64,000 bases of DNA, taken from assembly GCA_965227295.1 (NCBI GenBank), contig OZ245742.1, forward strand, positions 5,056,001-5,120,000, in the 5' to 3' direction. Source of the DNA: Leptonemataceae bacterium. GTDB lineage: Bacteria > Spirochaetota > Leptospiria > Leptospirales > Leptonemataceae. Positions within the stretch are counted from its first letter, which is position 1, and every line of letters begins with the position of its first letter. The translations under genes and the position numbers were made by a program. Below are positions 20,301 to 28,309 of this stretch, piece after piece. Under the pieces are notes generated by a model. The model worked only from the letters and a program-made list of their open reading frames with translations. It searched no databases and was not told the DNA's origin.

Positions 20301-21822
20301 TCTGTTCGTACGCGGCGACCTGGGCCTCCCAGTCCTGAATCGCCGGCAGCAGATTGTTGCGCCAGTCGAGGGTAATGGGCGTCAGCGTATCGACGTACGA
20401 TTGATGGGTGACTTCGTTCGCCGCGGCCGCCGCGTCGTACCAGTTACCGGTGACAGTGACGCGCATGCGCTGCTCGGCCCAGCCGTCGACACCGAAAGGC
20501 GCGTTGAAGTTCCACAGGCAGATCGGGACACCGCCGATGCCGCCGCAGCCCGCCGCATCGAAGGTGAACGCGCTGTTTCCGTGAGCACTAAAGCACTCCC
20601 CCGTACGCGCGGTTGCAATTTGAATGATGTTTACCGTGTAGTGTGCCGGCGTGCTGTCGGCGCAGATGTCCATGCCTCCGCCGTTGATCGAAACGAAGGT
20701 TTTGCCGTACATCGACGAAAGCTGATTCAACAAAGGTACGTTGTTGGCACCGCCGCTTTCCATATATAGAGCGACGGTATTCACGAGGGGATTCAGACGC
20801 CAGTCGAGGACGTGGTTGTTGCCGTTGACCCATTGGTCCACGGGAATGGTCCCCTGCTTGATGCTGTCGTAGTACGTGACCGTCGTTTCTTCGACGGCCT
20901 GCTTCGATTCCAGCTCCGTCGTCATGCTTAATGTGAGCGCGGAGAGTGGGACGTTGTTCGCCAGGTCCGCCTTGAGCTGATTGATGAACGCCTGGAAGTC
21001 GAGGCCGGACTGGTTCAACACGCCCGGTGAAGAATAAAACATGCCGTTGCCCGCGAGCAGGCTTTCCATATTCTGCACGGCCGCGTCGATGGCATCGCGT
21101 ACGGTTTTTTCGTAGGCCTCGATTTGAGCCAGGGACTGCGCAAACTCCGCCTCTTTGCCGTCCAGTTCGGAGAGCGTGCTGCGATAATCGTTTTCGAGGT
21201 TCTGCAATGCCTCGCCCAGGTCCGCGATGCCGGCGTTGGCCTGTTCCTGCATGCGGCGTTCCCATTCGGCGTAACCCTCGCTGGCGCTGCCCGATCCGGG
21301 CGTCGCTGTCGGCACGTTGTTCATGGCGTCGGCGGCGGCCGCTTCCCGCTGGCCGTCGGTCGCCGTAAGGTACGCTGAGCGTTCTTTAGCGACTTCGGCC
21401 AGGGCGGCCGACTCCCAATCGGCCCGGGCCTTCGCCTTCTGAATTTCCAGTTCTTTGCGTAAATAGTCCTGATACTCGGCCACGCTGTTGAAAGCGTCCG
21501 AATTGCTGACGCTCAGAACTTCGTTCTGGATGGTCGTGTCGACCTGGGCTTCCCAGGCCGCGGAGAGCGTGTAAAGGCCCGAGGCCATGACAGACTGCCA
21601 TTCGGCGGTGGTGGGAGCACCCCGGGCCAGCTCGACGTACGGAGCGAGGGAGTTGCTTTCGAATCCGGGGGTGCTGATATTCGGAACCGACACCGGACCG
21701 GCACTCAGACCACCGGTGGGCACGGCGGTGGTTACGGTAAAGGTTACGGTCGCCAGCCAGGTAACAAAGTTTCTTCGCCGACGCGTCCATCCGCCGGTAC
21801 GTGCTTCCCAGGATGTTTGCAT
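14344..21822 (-). CDS. Giant secreted polymorphic toxin 2 (TIGR04388-like, subfamily A) with C-terminal minimal kinase-like domain
   Basis: Likely start MQTSW at 21822 (GAGGGG RBS); closely parallels toxin 1 up to VAGGEE; C-terminus IGHGDFKTV...E...GYLMKHIP...NDLQGMIDPETGVFYVMDP. Confidence 0.8.
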   Translation of the reverse strand: MQTSWEARTGGWTRRRRNFVTWLATVTFTVTTAVPTGGLSAGPVSVPNISTPGFESNSLAPYVELARGAPTTAEWQSVMASGLYTLSAAWEAQVDTTIQNEVLSVSNSDAFNSVAEYQDYLRKELEIQKAKARADWESAALAEVAKERSAYLTATDGQREAAAADAMNNVPTATPGSGSASEGYAEWERRMQEQANAGIADLGEALQNLENDYRSTLSELDGKEAEFAQSLAQIEAYEKTVRDAIDAAVQNMESLLAGNGMFYSSPGVLNQSGLDFQAFINQLKADLANNVPLSALTLSMTTELESKQAVEETTVTYYDSIKQGTIPVDQWVNGNNHVLDWRLNPLVNTVALYMESGGANNVPLLNQLSSMYGKTFVSINGGGMDICADSTPAHYTVNIIQIATARTGECFSAHGNSAFTFDAAGCGGIGGVPICLWNFNAPFGVDGWAEQRMRVTVTGNWYDAAAAANEVTHQSYVDTLTPITLDWRNNLLPAIQDWEAQVAAYEQNYANFQTEAVGIRASATAAYEAGRDEILARRNAYAAQMDRVYREGRGQWAALISAEEQAQNEGSAAAQTHIRNLQQQLDASTARAMDRIERQLGTSGLSASAVSAQMLDAQRRLDAISADFNRAGGGVDATALENLLQSFYQATTGVKNLSYARSMHERAKDARDNAIERVADLANRQDGEISFLTNRERFEEEKRLAELAQLRDDEVDGELKYYTAFDQAEFDRLQTELQKKLAEERKKHKDEGFEVVVDPKTGAVTMKRKIASGQANYTGGAATDSDSYEREMEDQTVTILPPDAMELLSGGDVFDAWDLGGLGGDFSESFNEYNQSLGDKLQSAKQQIDDANKLARENEKTFQQNVSFHVEQAQLVESLAKAMLGGASFGQALASEMRSRAGQIIGEATGIPPSIISAILGGAKPHEAVGSYIEGQVMSAIDTALGLPPGTTSMFSQQQKAKKAAKKAKQQAVVSGAIMVVGAIAAPFTAGASLAVAGAVAGAYQSVNNGGGLQGALVGAVGGIANGFVQMATGGAVSVGLSYSPDNGFGGSVGVGYGPATVTVSHSEHGGTGVSAGLGYGGFKAGVSYNTQDGFGASVGYGHDFGSLGINYSENEGLSAGLKLGDDDEGLNLNYSENDGFSAGYTNGGLDLSYNEEDGFGASYSWGDDDSAALELNYGDGGLTAGFSGYGVEANYNNGDWGLNADVGELAESAGVDTSFLGDDFDGTIGYTSGEGLTTGLSSEYGNLNYSEAGGLGIDLNTISFGGVDVDAGWNSNSGFSVDASGYGLDAGYGPGGLSLTGDVNQLASQFGVDASDLGGSGFGVDGEIDFTAGQFTGNVQGNGFDVDVDGDQVDGSFAGSYGGLDLGVGYDSENGFSGALSGGGFDLAKYNEQDGLSSPYLDSIEDQLEDLKDWATSPDRWGEDPPLGEDTPLGQIDDVAAVLSGAADTAGEDLSNWWEENFGGDEEESEVAGGEEWPDGERPDGNENGESEEGGIAIGPGGEGEPTAGGGQGSGEAVAERSEDLPDMKVYIAPPDAMEDTLPDFEEWELKGTFRANTTAFPSAEDLRRQKKVEGYFAKLLLNQYPNDFSAEDNLAAEIEWQGDKTICAKNKNICFDAGDVLRWNVTYETKRADDQLQSSAESMLSKHAANVAANEDVELDENDPRDRIEKTVAEVSADYLEQRQEWQQRWDRRDPSDLKARKALLAERAAMEEKQHDDLRYQIDRLRGYDRDVPVVVRMKDGTVHYGAIEGQDQVMIRLAMPGGKRITIEKEDLHRVVLVKEVKARGGEGIVINERGGPGDGMTAAAPFDKSDIQYKKAVRTFNVDGQQVLFTAHRDEARNHYYYEGELWDGRKMRFTYEETGLLRQEIWRAPEGGSDYREYLQEKYWDAEGQRALLRGFAGPRGEARGFDQNTAAALRKNDPLFLFGQKWAKEGGYYERTNSEGETVRIYIRPDGIVEEKTYQSIFSGGGYETRFLDAAGNRVQPIITKLTPEEERQARQEDEALIQEGTIRNKERDPEKIAENPVALARAIAALGLQERPTESRLPWANQYHYCDAAACHDPVEVIRKWQGTGDYRNYLQEPLTEENKTRTLLQTTLKTLNAAYDQIERDFSIETVHQLKGAIDAIRQSLGPPPNLDAIYAYSLTEQGAAFIDNLALSVLPGTSQVQAFFEVVREWKQGNHLKAGAIVASEVAFSALPVAAVFGFDELALRIARRADVDVTSSLRRSRLDAAEKARLREAEIKKRRQVDGHDSGFDSYTAHLTPGELAGVRRANQVAEEAWKDFHSRLTALRGQNITVDPEPIGHGDFKTVHATRNDSEIAVGFAKNQASLSFVRDEVVGLKQMKDYGVRVIPHSATGKMTAPGGTKTEGYLMKHIPKDPAFGLELHSKSTGPNFVERLERYRKQLLSKPGGREKVEGLIGQFKQLRKFSEDYYINDLQGMIDPETGVFYVMDPLLNAEKKAVVRLPEDFKPTDNLELIDEWIEALSG

Positions 21823-22108
21823 TCGACTTCCCCTCTGCCGTTCATTCTTTGATGCCGCCGAAGCCGCATCAAAGAATACACCGAGCAAGAAGCAAAGAAA
21901 TAGCAACAACTACAAGGAGTCGACTCATTTTCCGAAAAAGCGCCGGATGGACGCACAGACTAACTTACGAAGAAATAAAGCTACCAAATCCTGAGTAATC
22001 CAATACCACAAATTGTGTAATTAACTACAGCATTCTGTGTAATCAACCGGAAGATAAAATTGCATCCGTTCCTTTGAACTGCGGAAATTAATTACTATAC
22101 GTCTTTTA

Positions 22109-22747
22109 CTATTCGCCTGCGGCGGCCCGGATTTCCTTCAGCAATTCCGGGTTGTCCGCGGAAAGCACGGCCGCCGCACGCAAATGAACCGCTGCCTGGT
22201 CGTTCAGCTCCGCGTTCTGGTAGAGCCGGGCCAGGCGATAGTGCATGGCTCCGATGGAACGACCGGCCTGCAGGCCGTAGCGATAGGCACCGATGGCGTC
22301 CGAAAGCTGATCCCGGCTTTCGTGAAAGCGGCCCTTAAGAAACCACGCCTCGATGTTATGATTATCTTTTTTTAGAATTTCTTCGATGATTGCCTGCGCC
22401 TCGGGGATGCGCTGCTCGTCCTGCGCGGCGATGGTCCGGGCCGTCCAGATCGCCGCGTCCATGCTCGCCGGGTCGCGCTCCCAGGCGGAGGCGAACTCGG
22501 CTTCAGCCTCATCGAACTTACGTTGCACATAGAGGATTTTGCCGACCATGACCCGGGCCTGGGTGTAATCGGGATCCTCGGCGATGACCTTGCGAAACTC
22601 GTTGGTGGCGGCGTCCAACTGCTGTGCGTTGTACAGTTCCAGACCGGAAGAGTAGGTTTTTTTTACTTTCTCGGCGTCGGGCGTGCAGGCCGCGAGCGGG
22701 AGGACGATTGCGATCAGGAAAGGCAGGATTCGGATACAGGTTCTCAC
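22109..22747 (-). CDS. TPR lipoprotein (paralog group B)
   Basis: Lipobox LAAC; TPR-like helices; matches 30140..30775 (QLD.A, EAW(F/Y)L.G, DAI..YR, H.RLA.LY.NA.L). Confidence 0.85.
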   Translation of the reverse strand: MRTCIRILPFLIAIVLPLAACTPDAEKVKKTYSSGLELYNAQQLDAATNEFRKVIAEDPDYTQARVMVGKILYVQRKFDEAEAEFASAWERDPASMDAAIWTARTIAAQDEQRIPEAQAIIEEILKKDNHNIEAWFLKGRFHESRDQLSDAIGAYRYGLQAGRSIGAMHYRLARLYQNAELNDQAAVHLRAAAVLSADNPELLKEIRAAAGE

Positions 22748-22843
22748 GGCGCTAAGGATACAGCTACGGCGGCGGCGATCAAGCCGAATATCGTTTCAGG
22801 AAAGGCTTGACCACCAGGAAATTCCGGTTTGTGTTTCCAAATT

Positions 22844-23758
22844 ATGTCGAGACTCCGATCTTACTCTCGCCCGCGCATCATCGCCGTCCTTACATTCGCC
22901 GGCGTTTTGATTGCGACACTGTCCTTTACCGGTTTCGCGTCCATCGACGCGCAAGAAAGCGATGCCCCCACCCGTACTATGAATCCAGAAGCACAAAAAT
23001 ACAACAACCGCGGCCTGAACTACTTTTCCCGCAACGATTTCAAAAACGCCCTCAAAGAGTTTCGCAAGGCCGCGAAGGTCGATCCGCAAAACCCGGAGTA
23101 TCCGAACAACGCCGGCATTGCCGAGCTGAATCTGCGCCGCCCTGCCGACGCCCTGCAGTACTTCGAGACGGCCATCCAGTTAAACAAGGATCTGCCGCTG
23201 TATCATTACAATCGAGGACTCGCCCTCATGCAACTCAGTCGGCCGCGCCAGGCCGAGGAGGCGTTTCTGGCGGCCACCGCGCGCAATCCGGAGTACTTCG
23301 AGGCCTGGGTCTATCTCGGTCTCTTACAGTACAATGAACGCAAGTTTGCGAAGGCCGAGGAAGCCTGGCGCAAAGCGGCCGATCTGCGCGAGGACGCCGA
23401 GGTCACGAACAACCTGGGCATGGCTCTGCTGGAACAAAACAAAACCGAAGAAGCCGAGCAACGTTTCCGCGAGGCCATCTCCATCAACGCCTCGTATCCG
23501 CTTTCGTACTTCAACCTGGGCGTGCTGCTGCAACGCCGCAACAACTGGGCCGAAGCCGAAAAGCAGTACCGCCAGGCCGTCCGTCTCGATCCGAACAACT
23601 TCCAGCCGTACTACAACCTGGCCATCGTCCTGGAAAACCAGGAGAAGGCCGACGAGGCGATCCAGGCGCTAAAGACATATTTGCAGAAGTTACCGCCCCA
23701 GGCCGCCCAGCTCCGCGCGGATGCCGAGGCGCGTTTGAAGCGTTTGCAGAGTCAGTAG
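22844..23758 (+). CDS. Secreted TPR-repeat protein (paralog group A)
   Basis: Signal peptide ending IDA-Q; EYPNNAG, YHYNRGLAL, YFNLGVL, YYNLAIV. Confidence 0.9.
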   Translation: MSRLRSYSRPRIIAVLTFAGVLIATLSFTGFASIDAQESDAPTRTMNPEAQKYNNRGLNYFSRNDFKNALKEFRKAAKVDPQNPEYPNNAGIAELNLRRPADALQYFETAIQLNKDLPLYHYNRGLALMQLSRPRQAEEAFLAATARNPEYFEAWVYLGLLQYNERKFAKAEEAWRKAADLREDAEVTNNLGMALLEQNKTEEAEQRFREAISINASYPLSYFNLGVLLQRRNNWAEAEKQYRQAVRLDPNNFQPYYNLAIVLENQEKADEAIQALKTYLQKLPPQAAQLRADAEARLKRLQSQ

Positions 23759-23766
23759 GCGCGAAG

Positions 23767-23810
23767 GCACACCCGCTCCGCCCCGCGAATAGGGCGGGGC
23801 TCCGGGGTGC
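23767..23810. terminator. GC-rich hairpin after the TPR gene, at the array boundary (no U-tract)
   Basis: gctccgccc-cgcgaata-gggcggggc stem with outer gcac.ccc/ggggtgc pairing. Confidence 0.35.
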
Positions 23811-23829
23811 GGATTCGCTTGCTGGATTC

Positions 23830-26285
23830 TTACGAAGAAGACGCCGGGGACTTATGCTTTCCGCCGATGCGGAAAGCCGGCGGTTCAGAAATCTCGCTGA
23901 AGCGAGAATTCTGCCGGTGCGCCTTACCCCGTTCCCCGGCATGGCCTCCGTTCATCTGCTGGAACCAGCCGTGACCGTAAAAGGCTTAATGAACACTGGC
24001 CGCCACTTACTTCGCGATTCGGGGCGTAATCGAACAAATTAAACGTTTTCGCTAGCTCAAGAGCCGCGGTTCTGCGTTTGCCGTGAGATACACAAGGTAA
24101 GTTGCGCAATGGTGAAGGGATTGATTTGGCTACGGCTGAGCGGGAGTTGTGGTGTTTCGTTTTGTTAAGAATGCTGCCAGTGGGGAACCAACTGCCGCGG
24201 CCCCAACAAGTGGGGCCTTGCCGACACCGGACGTCGGTTTGCGACTCAGCGACTATAGCGTCTCCTGCAACGAAGACGCCGTTCCGGTGCGCGCCCCACA
24301 TATCCCCGGCATGACCTCCGACCGTAAGCTGGAACCAGCCGTGACCATAAAAGTCTTAATACAAACTGGCCTCAAATTACATCACGATTCGGGGCGTACT
24401 CGAATGAATAAAACGTTTCCGGTAGCTCAAGAGCTGTGGTTCGCGGCGTTAGTCGTGAGACACACAAGGTAAGCTGCGCAATTGTTAAGGGATTGATCTG
24501 GCTACAGCTGAGCGGGAGTTGTGGTATGTCGTTTTGTTAAGAATGCTGCGTTCGACCCGGACGCGGGTTGTGCGATTCAGCTACCATAGCGTTTTCTACG
24601 GCGAAGACGCCGGGGACTTATGCTTTCCGCCGATGCGGAAATCCGGCGGTTCAGAAATCTCGCTGAAGCGAGAATTCTGCCGGTGCGCCTTACCACGCTC
24701 CCCGGCACAACCTCCGTTCATCTGCTGGAACCAGCCGTAACCATAAAGGCCTTAATGTACACTGTCCGCAACTTACACCACGATTCGGGGCGTACTCGAA
24801 CGAATAAAACTTTCCGGTAGTTCAAGAGCTGCGGTTCGCAGCGGTTGCCGTGAGGAACGTGAAGTAAGTCGTAAAACGTTGGAGGGAATTTTTTGGCTAC
24901 GGCGAAGCGGGAGTTGTGGTTTTTCGTTTTGTTAAGAATACTGCGTTCGACCCGGACGTCGGTTTGTGACTCAGCTACCGGAGCGTTTGCTACGGCGAAG
25001 ACGCCGCTCCGGTGCGCCTTACCACATTCCCCGTCATGACCTCCGTGGTCGCCTGGAACCAGCCGTAACCATAAAGGCCTTAATCTAAACTGGCCTCAAC
25101 TTACGTCACGATCCGGGGCGTGTGCGAACTACCCGAGCGTTTCCGGCAGTTCAAGAGCTGTGGTTCGTTGCGTTTACCGTGAGACACACAAGGTAAGTTG
25201 CGCAAAGGTTAAGGGATTGATTTGCCTACAGCGAAGCGGGAGTTGTGGTGATTCGTTTTGTTAAGATTGTCCGCCTCGACCCGGACGCTGGTTGTGCGGT
25301 TCGGATATCGCAGCGTTTCTTGCGAAGAAGACGCCGGGGACTTATGCTTTCCGCCGATGCGGAAAGCCGGCGGTTCAGAAATCTCGCTGAAGCGAGAATT
25401 CTGCCGGTGCGCCTTACCACACTCCCCGGCACGACCTCCGTGGGAGGGGAACAACTGCCGCGGCCACGACAAGCGTGGCCTTGCCCCTGGAACCGGCCGT
25501 ACCCTTAAAAGCCTTAATACACACTGGCCGCCACTTACACCACGATTCGGGGCGTACTCGAACAAATTAAACGTTTCCGGTAGTTCAAGAGTCGCGGTTC
25601 GTAGCGGTTGCCGTGAGACACACAAGGTAAGCTGCGCAATTGTGAAGGGAATTTTTTGGCTACAGCTGAGCGGGAGTTGTGGTGATTCGTCTTGCTAAGA
25701 ATGCTGCGCTCGACCCGGACGCGGGTTGTGCGATTCAGCTACCATAGCGTTTCCCAGGACGAAGACGCCGGGGACTTATGCTTTCCGCCGATGCGGAAAG
25801 CCGGCGGTTCAGAAATCTCGCTGAAGCGAGAATTCTGCCGGTGCGCCTTACCACGCTCCCCGGCACAACCTCCGTTCATCTGCTGGAACCAGCTGTACCC
25901 ATAAAAGTACTAATCCAAACTGGCCTCAACTTACACCACGATCCGGGACGTACTCGAACGAATAAAACGTTTCCGGTAGTTTAAGCGCCACGGTTCGTAG
26001 CGGTTGCCGTGAGACACACAAGGTAAGTTGCGCAATTGTGAAGGGATTTTTTTGGCTACAGCTGAGCGGGAGTTGTGGATTTTCGTTTTGTTAAGATCGT
26101 CCGCATCGACCCGGACGCTGGTTGTGCGACTCAGCTATCGTAGCGTTTCTTAGGGCGAAGACGCCGGTCCGGTGCGCCTTACCACACTCCCCGGCATGAC
26201 CTCCGTTCATCTGCTGGAACCAGCTGTACCCAAAAAAAAAGCCTTAATCTAAACTGGCCTCAACTTACGTCACGATCCGGGACGT
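23830..26285. repeat. Non-coding tandem array of about 330-bp structured units (6 full plus 1 partial) with optional 67-bp and about 45-bp hairpin cassettes
   Basis: Anchor GAAGACGCCG at 23837, 24272, 24603, 24997, 25327, 25761, 26157 (periods 435, 331, 394, 330, 434, 396); conserved blocks CTGGAACC, GCGGGAGTTGTGG, GACCCGGACG; no ORF conserved across units. Confidence 0.95.
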
Positions 26286-26290
26286 TGCGG

Positions 26291-27259
26291 TTATTCCACC
26301 GCACCGCCGTGGATCTGGGCGTGAAACTTCTTCGCGATCTCCTGCGAGATTTCCTGTAAGAACGTGGCACGCTTCAGGGTATCGTCGTCGATCACGAAGT
26401 TCACCGCGCCGACGCGGCGGCCCTGGGGGTCAAAGATCTCCAGAAAAACGAGCGTGTTCTCTTCGACTTCCAGCAAGAGTCCGGTCTCCGTGCGACCGAT
26501 GGCGCCCTGAATAAAATAATCGAGGTCGCTCTTGCCGCTGATGCGCTCGATCTCCTGCGCGCTCAATCGGCGCGCGTCGGGTTTTACGATGCGTTCCGGG
26601 GCCCGGGTTTCGCCGGCGATGCCGCGCAGGCGGCGGGGCAGTAGATCGTACGTGGCGTCGTAGTCGCGGGGATCGTAGGCGTCGATGTAACCGTCCTCCG
26701 TAACACGAGAACGCCGCGCCGGACGGGCGTTCTCGACGACCGAATCGCTCACCTGCACAAGACCGGCGTCACCGGCGTAAGTGTTCTCGTCGTCACCGCC
26801 GCCCACGGGCGCCGTCTCTTCTTCGGCGGCCGGCTCCGCATCTTCTTCGAGCGAATCGACATCCTCCGGAGAATCGGAATCGTCCTGCATCTCTTCGCCG
26901 GACTCCTCCAGCATTTCGTCCGCTGCCTCGTCCGTCGCCGGCTCCGCGGACTCTTCGCTGTCCGGCACAAGCTTGCGCTCTTCCGGAGCGTCCTTATCCT
27001 CAAGGACCTCGTACTGGACCTCGCCGATCCGGTAGCCGCGTTCCATCAGCTCAAAGCCGAGCATGTCGGTGAAGTTCTTGCTCGAGAACGGGTTGAAACG
27101 CACGTCGCGGTTCTCAATGAAACCGATGCCCACGTTGGCCACCTCGTTGGATTGGGTCTTCACCACGCGCACTTCACTGCTCGAACACGCCGCAAACAGC
27201 GCGCAGCTCAGCATGACGAGGATGCCTTTTGCATTGTTCATCGTTTTCATAATCATCAC
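26291..27259 (-). CDS. Lipoprotein with a long acidic low-complexity insertion; third gene of the TolC operon
   Basis: Lipobox FAAC; VGIGFIENRD...FTDMLGFELMERGY; Glu/Asp-rich middle; DYFIQGAIG. Confidence 0.8.
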   Translation of the reverse strand: MMIMKTMNNAKGILVMLSCALFAACSSSEVRVVKTQSNEVANVGIGFIENRDVRFNPFSSKNFTDMLGFELMERGYRIGEVQYEVLEDKDAPEERKLVPDSEESAEPATDEAADEMLEESGEEMQDDSDSPEDVDSLEEDAEPAAEEETAPVGGGDDENTYAGDAGLVQVSDSVVENARPARRSRVTEDGYIDAYDPRDYDATYDLLPRRLRGIAGETRAPERIVKPDARRLSAQEIERISGKSDLDYFIQGAIGRTETGLLLEVEENTLVFLEIFDPQGRRVGAVNFVIDDDTLKRATFLQEISQEIAKKFHAQIHGGAVE

Positions 27260-27283
27260 CTTAACATGTTAACTTAACAGATC

Positions 27284-28285
27284 TTACTCCGCTTCCAGGC
27301 TGAAGCTGAACGTGGACGGGAGCGTATCCCCGTATATGTCCGTCGCCGTAGTATCCACTTCCAGGGTATAAAACGGAAAGCCGCTGCCCGACGAATCCTG
27401 GGCCAGGTCGTAGTCCGACGTTCCGAAGGCCGTCGTGCCGCCGCAGGAAGCGAGGTCCTCGGCGAAGACTAAGGTCAGCGCGCGGCAACCGAAAGGCGAG
27501 ACCGCCTGGCAGTCATTCCACGACCAGGAAGAAAGCCGGATCGTCGTCACCGGCGGCGAGATGCGCGAAAGCGACACCGCGGCCACCGTGGAATTCGGAT
27601 CCATGTATCGACTGAAAATGACGACGATGTTGTCCGTGTTGGCGTCGGTGCAACTGCCGGCACCGGTGTCCCCCGGGCGCAGCGTATAAAAGGCCGGCGA
27701 GAGAATCGGCAGACTGTCGTCCCACCAGCACGTGCCGATGGTATGATCGCCGCCGACGTTGCTGCCGGTTCCCGGATAACCGCTACAGCCGGACTGCGAG
27801 GCCACGCCGACGGCCTGCACTGCCAGGTCGCCCTGCGGACCGATGGACGTTACGCCGACCAGGAACTCCGCGTCGAACTGTTCGCGCAGGTCGCGGCCGT
27901 CGGTGTCTTCACAGTCCGTACTCATGCTCATGGTGAACGAACCGGTACCAAATTCACTGCGCGGCGTAAACACGTAGAAGTCGTTGAAGACATATCCGTA
28001 ACCGGGCACGCTGCCGGCGGTGGAACTGGCCGTGGTCGGTTGCACGTTGAAGGCCGGCGGGCACTTCTCTTTGCTCATGAACTTGTTAAAGCGAATCGAG
28101 ACGGTCTCCGTGGGCGACACACCCACGGCGCCGGCGGTGGGCACCGAACTTACCACGATGGGCTGATCGCTGAGCCCGAGCAGCGGCGCCGCAAAGAACG
28201 GATCGTCCACGGACTCGGAGCAGGCCGCGCCGCCTGCCAGAAGCGCGCCGAGCGCGAGTATGTTGGCTGCATTTTTTAGTTTCAT
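27284..28285 (-). CDS. Ig-like (Big_5-type) Cys-containing lipoprotein
   Basis: Lipobox GAAC; VVSSVP..GAVGVSPTETVSIRFNKFM; second Ig-like unit IVVIFSRYMD...ATDIYGDTL...FSF. Confidence 0.8.
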   Translation of the reverse strand: MKLKNAANILALGALLAGGAACSESVDDPFFAAPLLGLSDQPIVVSSVPTAGAVGVSPTETVSIRFNKFMSKEKCPPAFNVQPTTASSTAGSVPGYGYVFNDFYVFTPRSEFGTGSFTMSMSTDCEDTDGRDLREQFDAEFLVGVTSIGPQGDLAVQAVGVASQSGCSGYPGTGSNVGGDHTIGTCWWDDSLPILSPAFYTLRPGDTGAGSCTDANTDNIVVIFSRYMDPNSTVAAVSLSRISPPVTTIRLSSWSWNDCQAVSPFGCRALTLVFAEDLASCGGTTAFGTSDYDLAQDSSGSGFPFYTLEVDTTATDIYGDTLPSTFSFSLEAE

Positions 28286-28309
28286 TTCAGTTACCCTTAG
28301 TATCTACGC

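Noticed and set aside
23854..25984. Short ORFs inside the array (for example MLSADAES...)
   Set aside because: They recur only because the DNA repeats; frames and stops are not conserved between units, and indels are not multiples of three
23830..26285. CRISPR array interpretation of the repeat region
   Set aside because: Units are about 330 bp and homologous along their whole length; there are no unique spacers and no cas genes in the window
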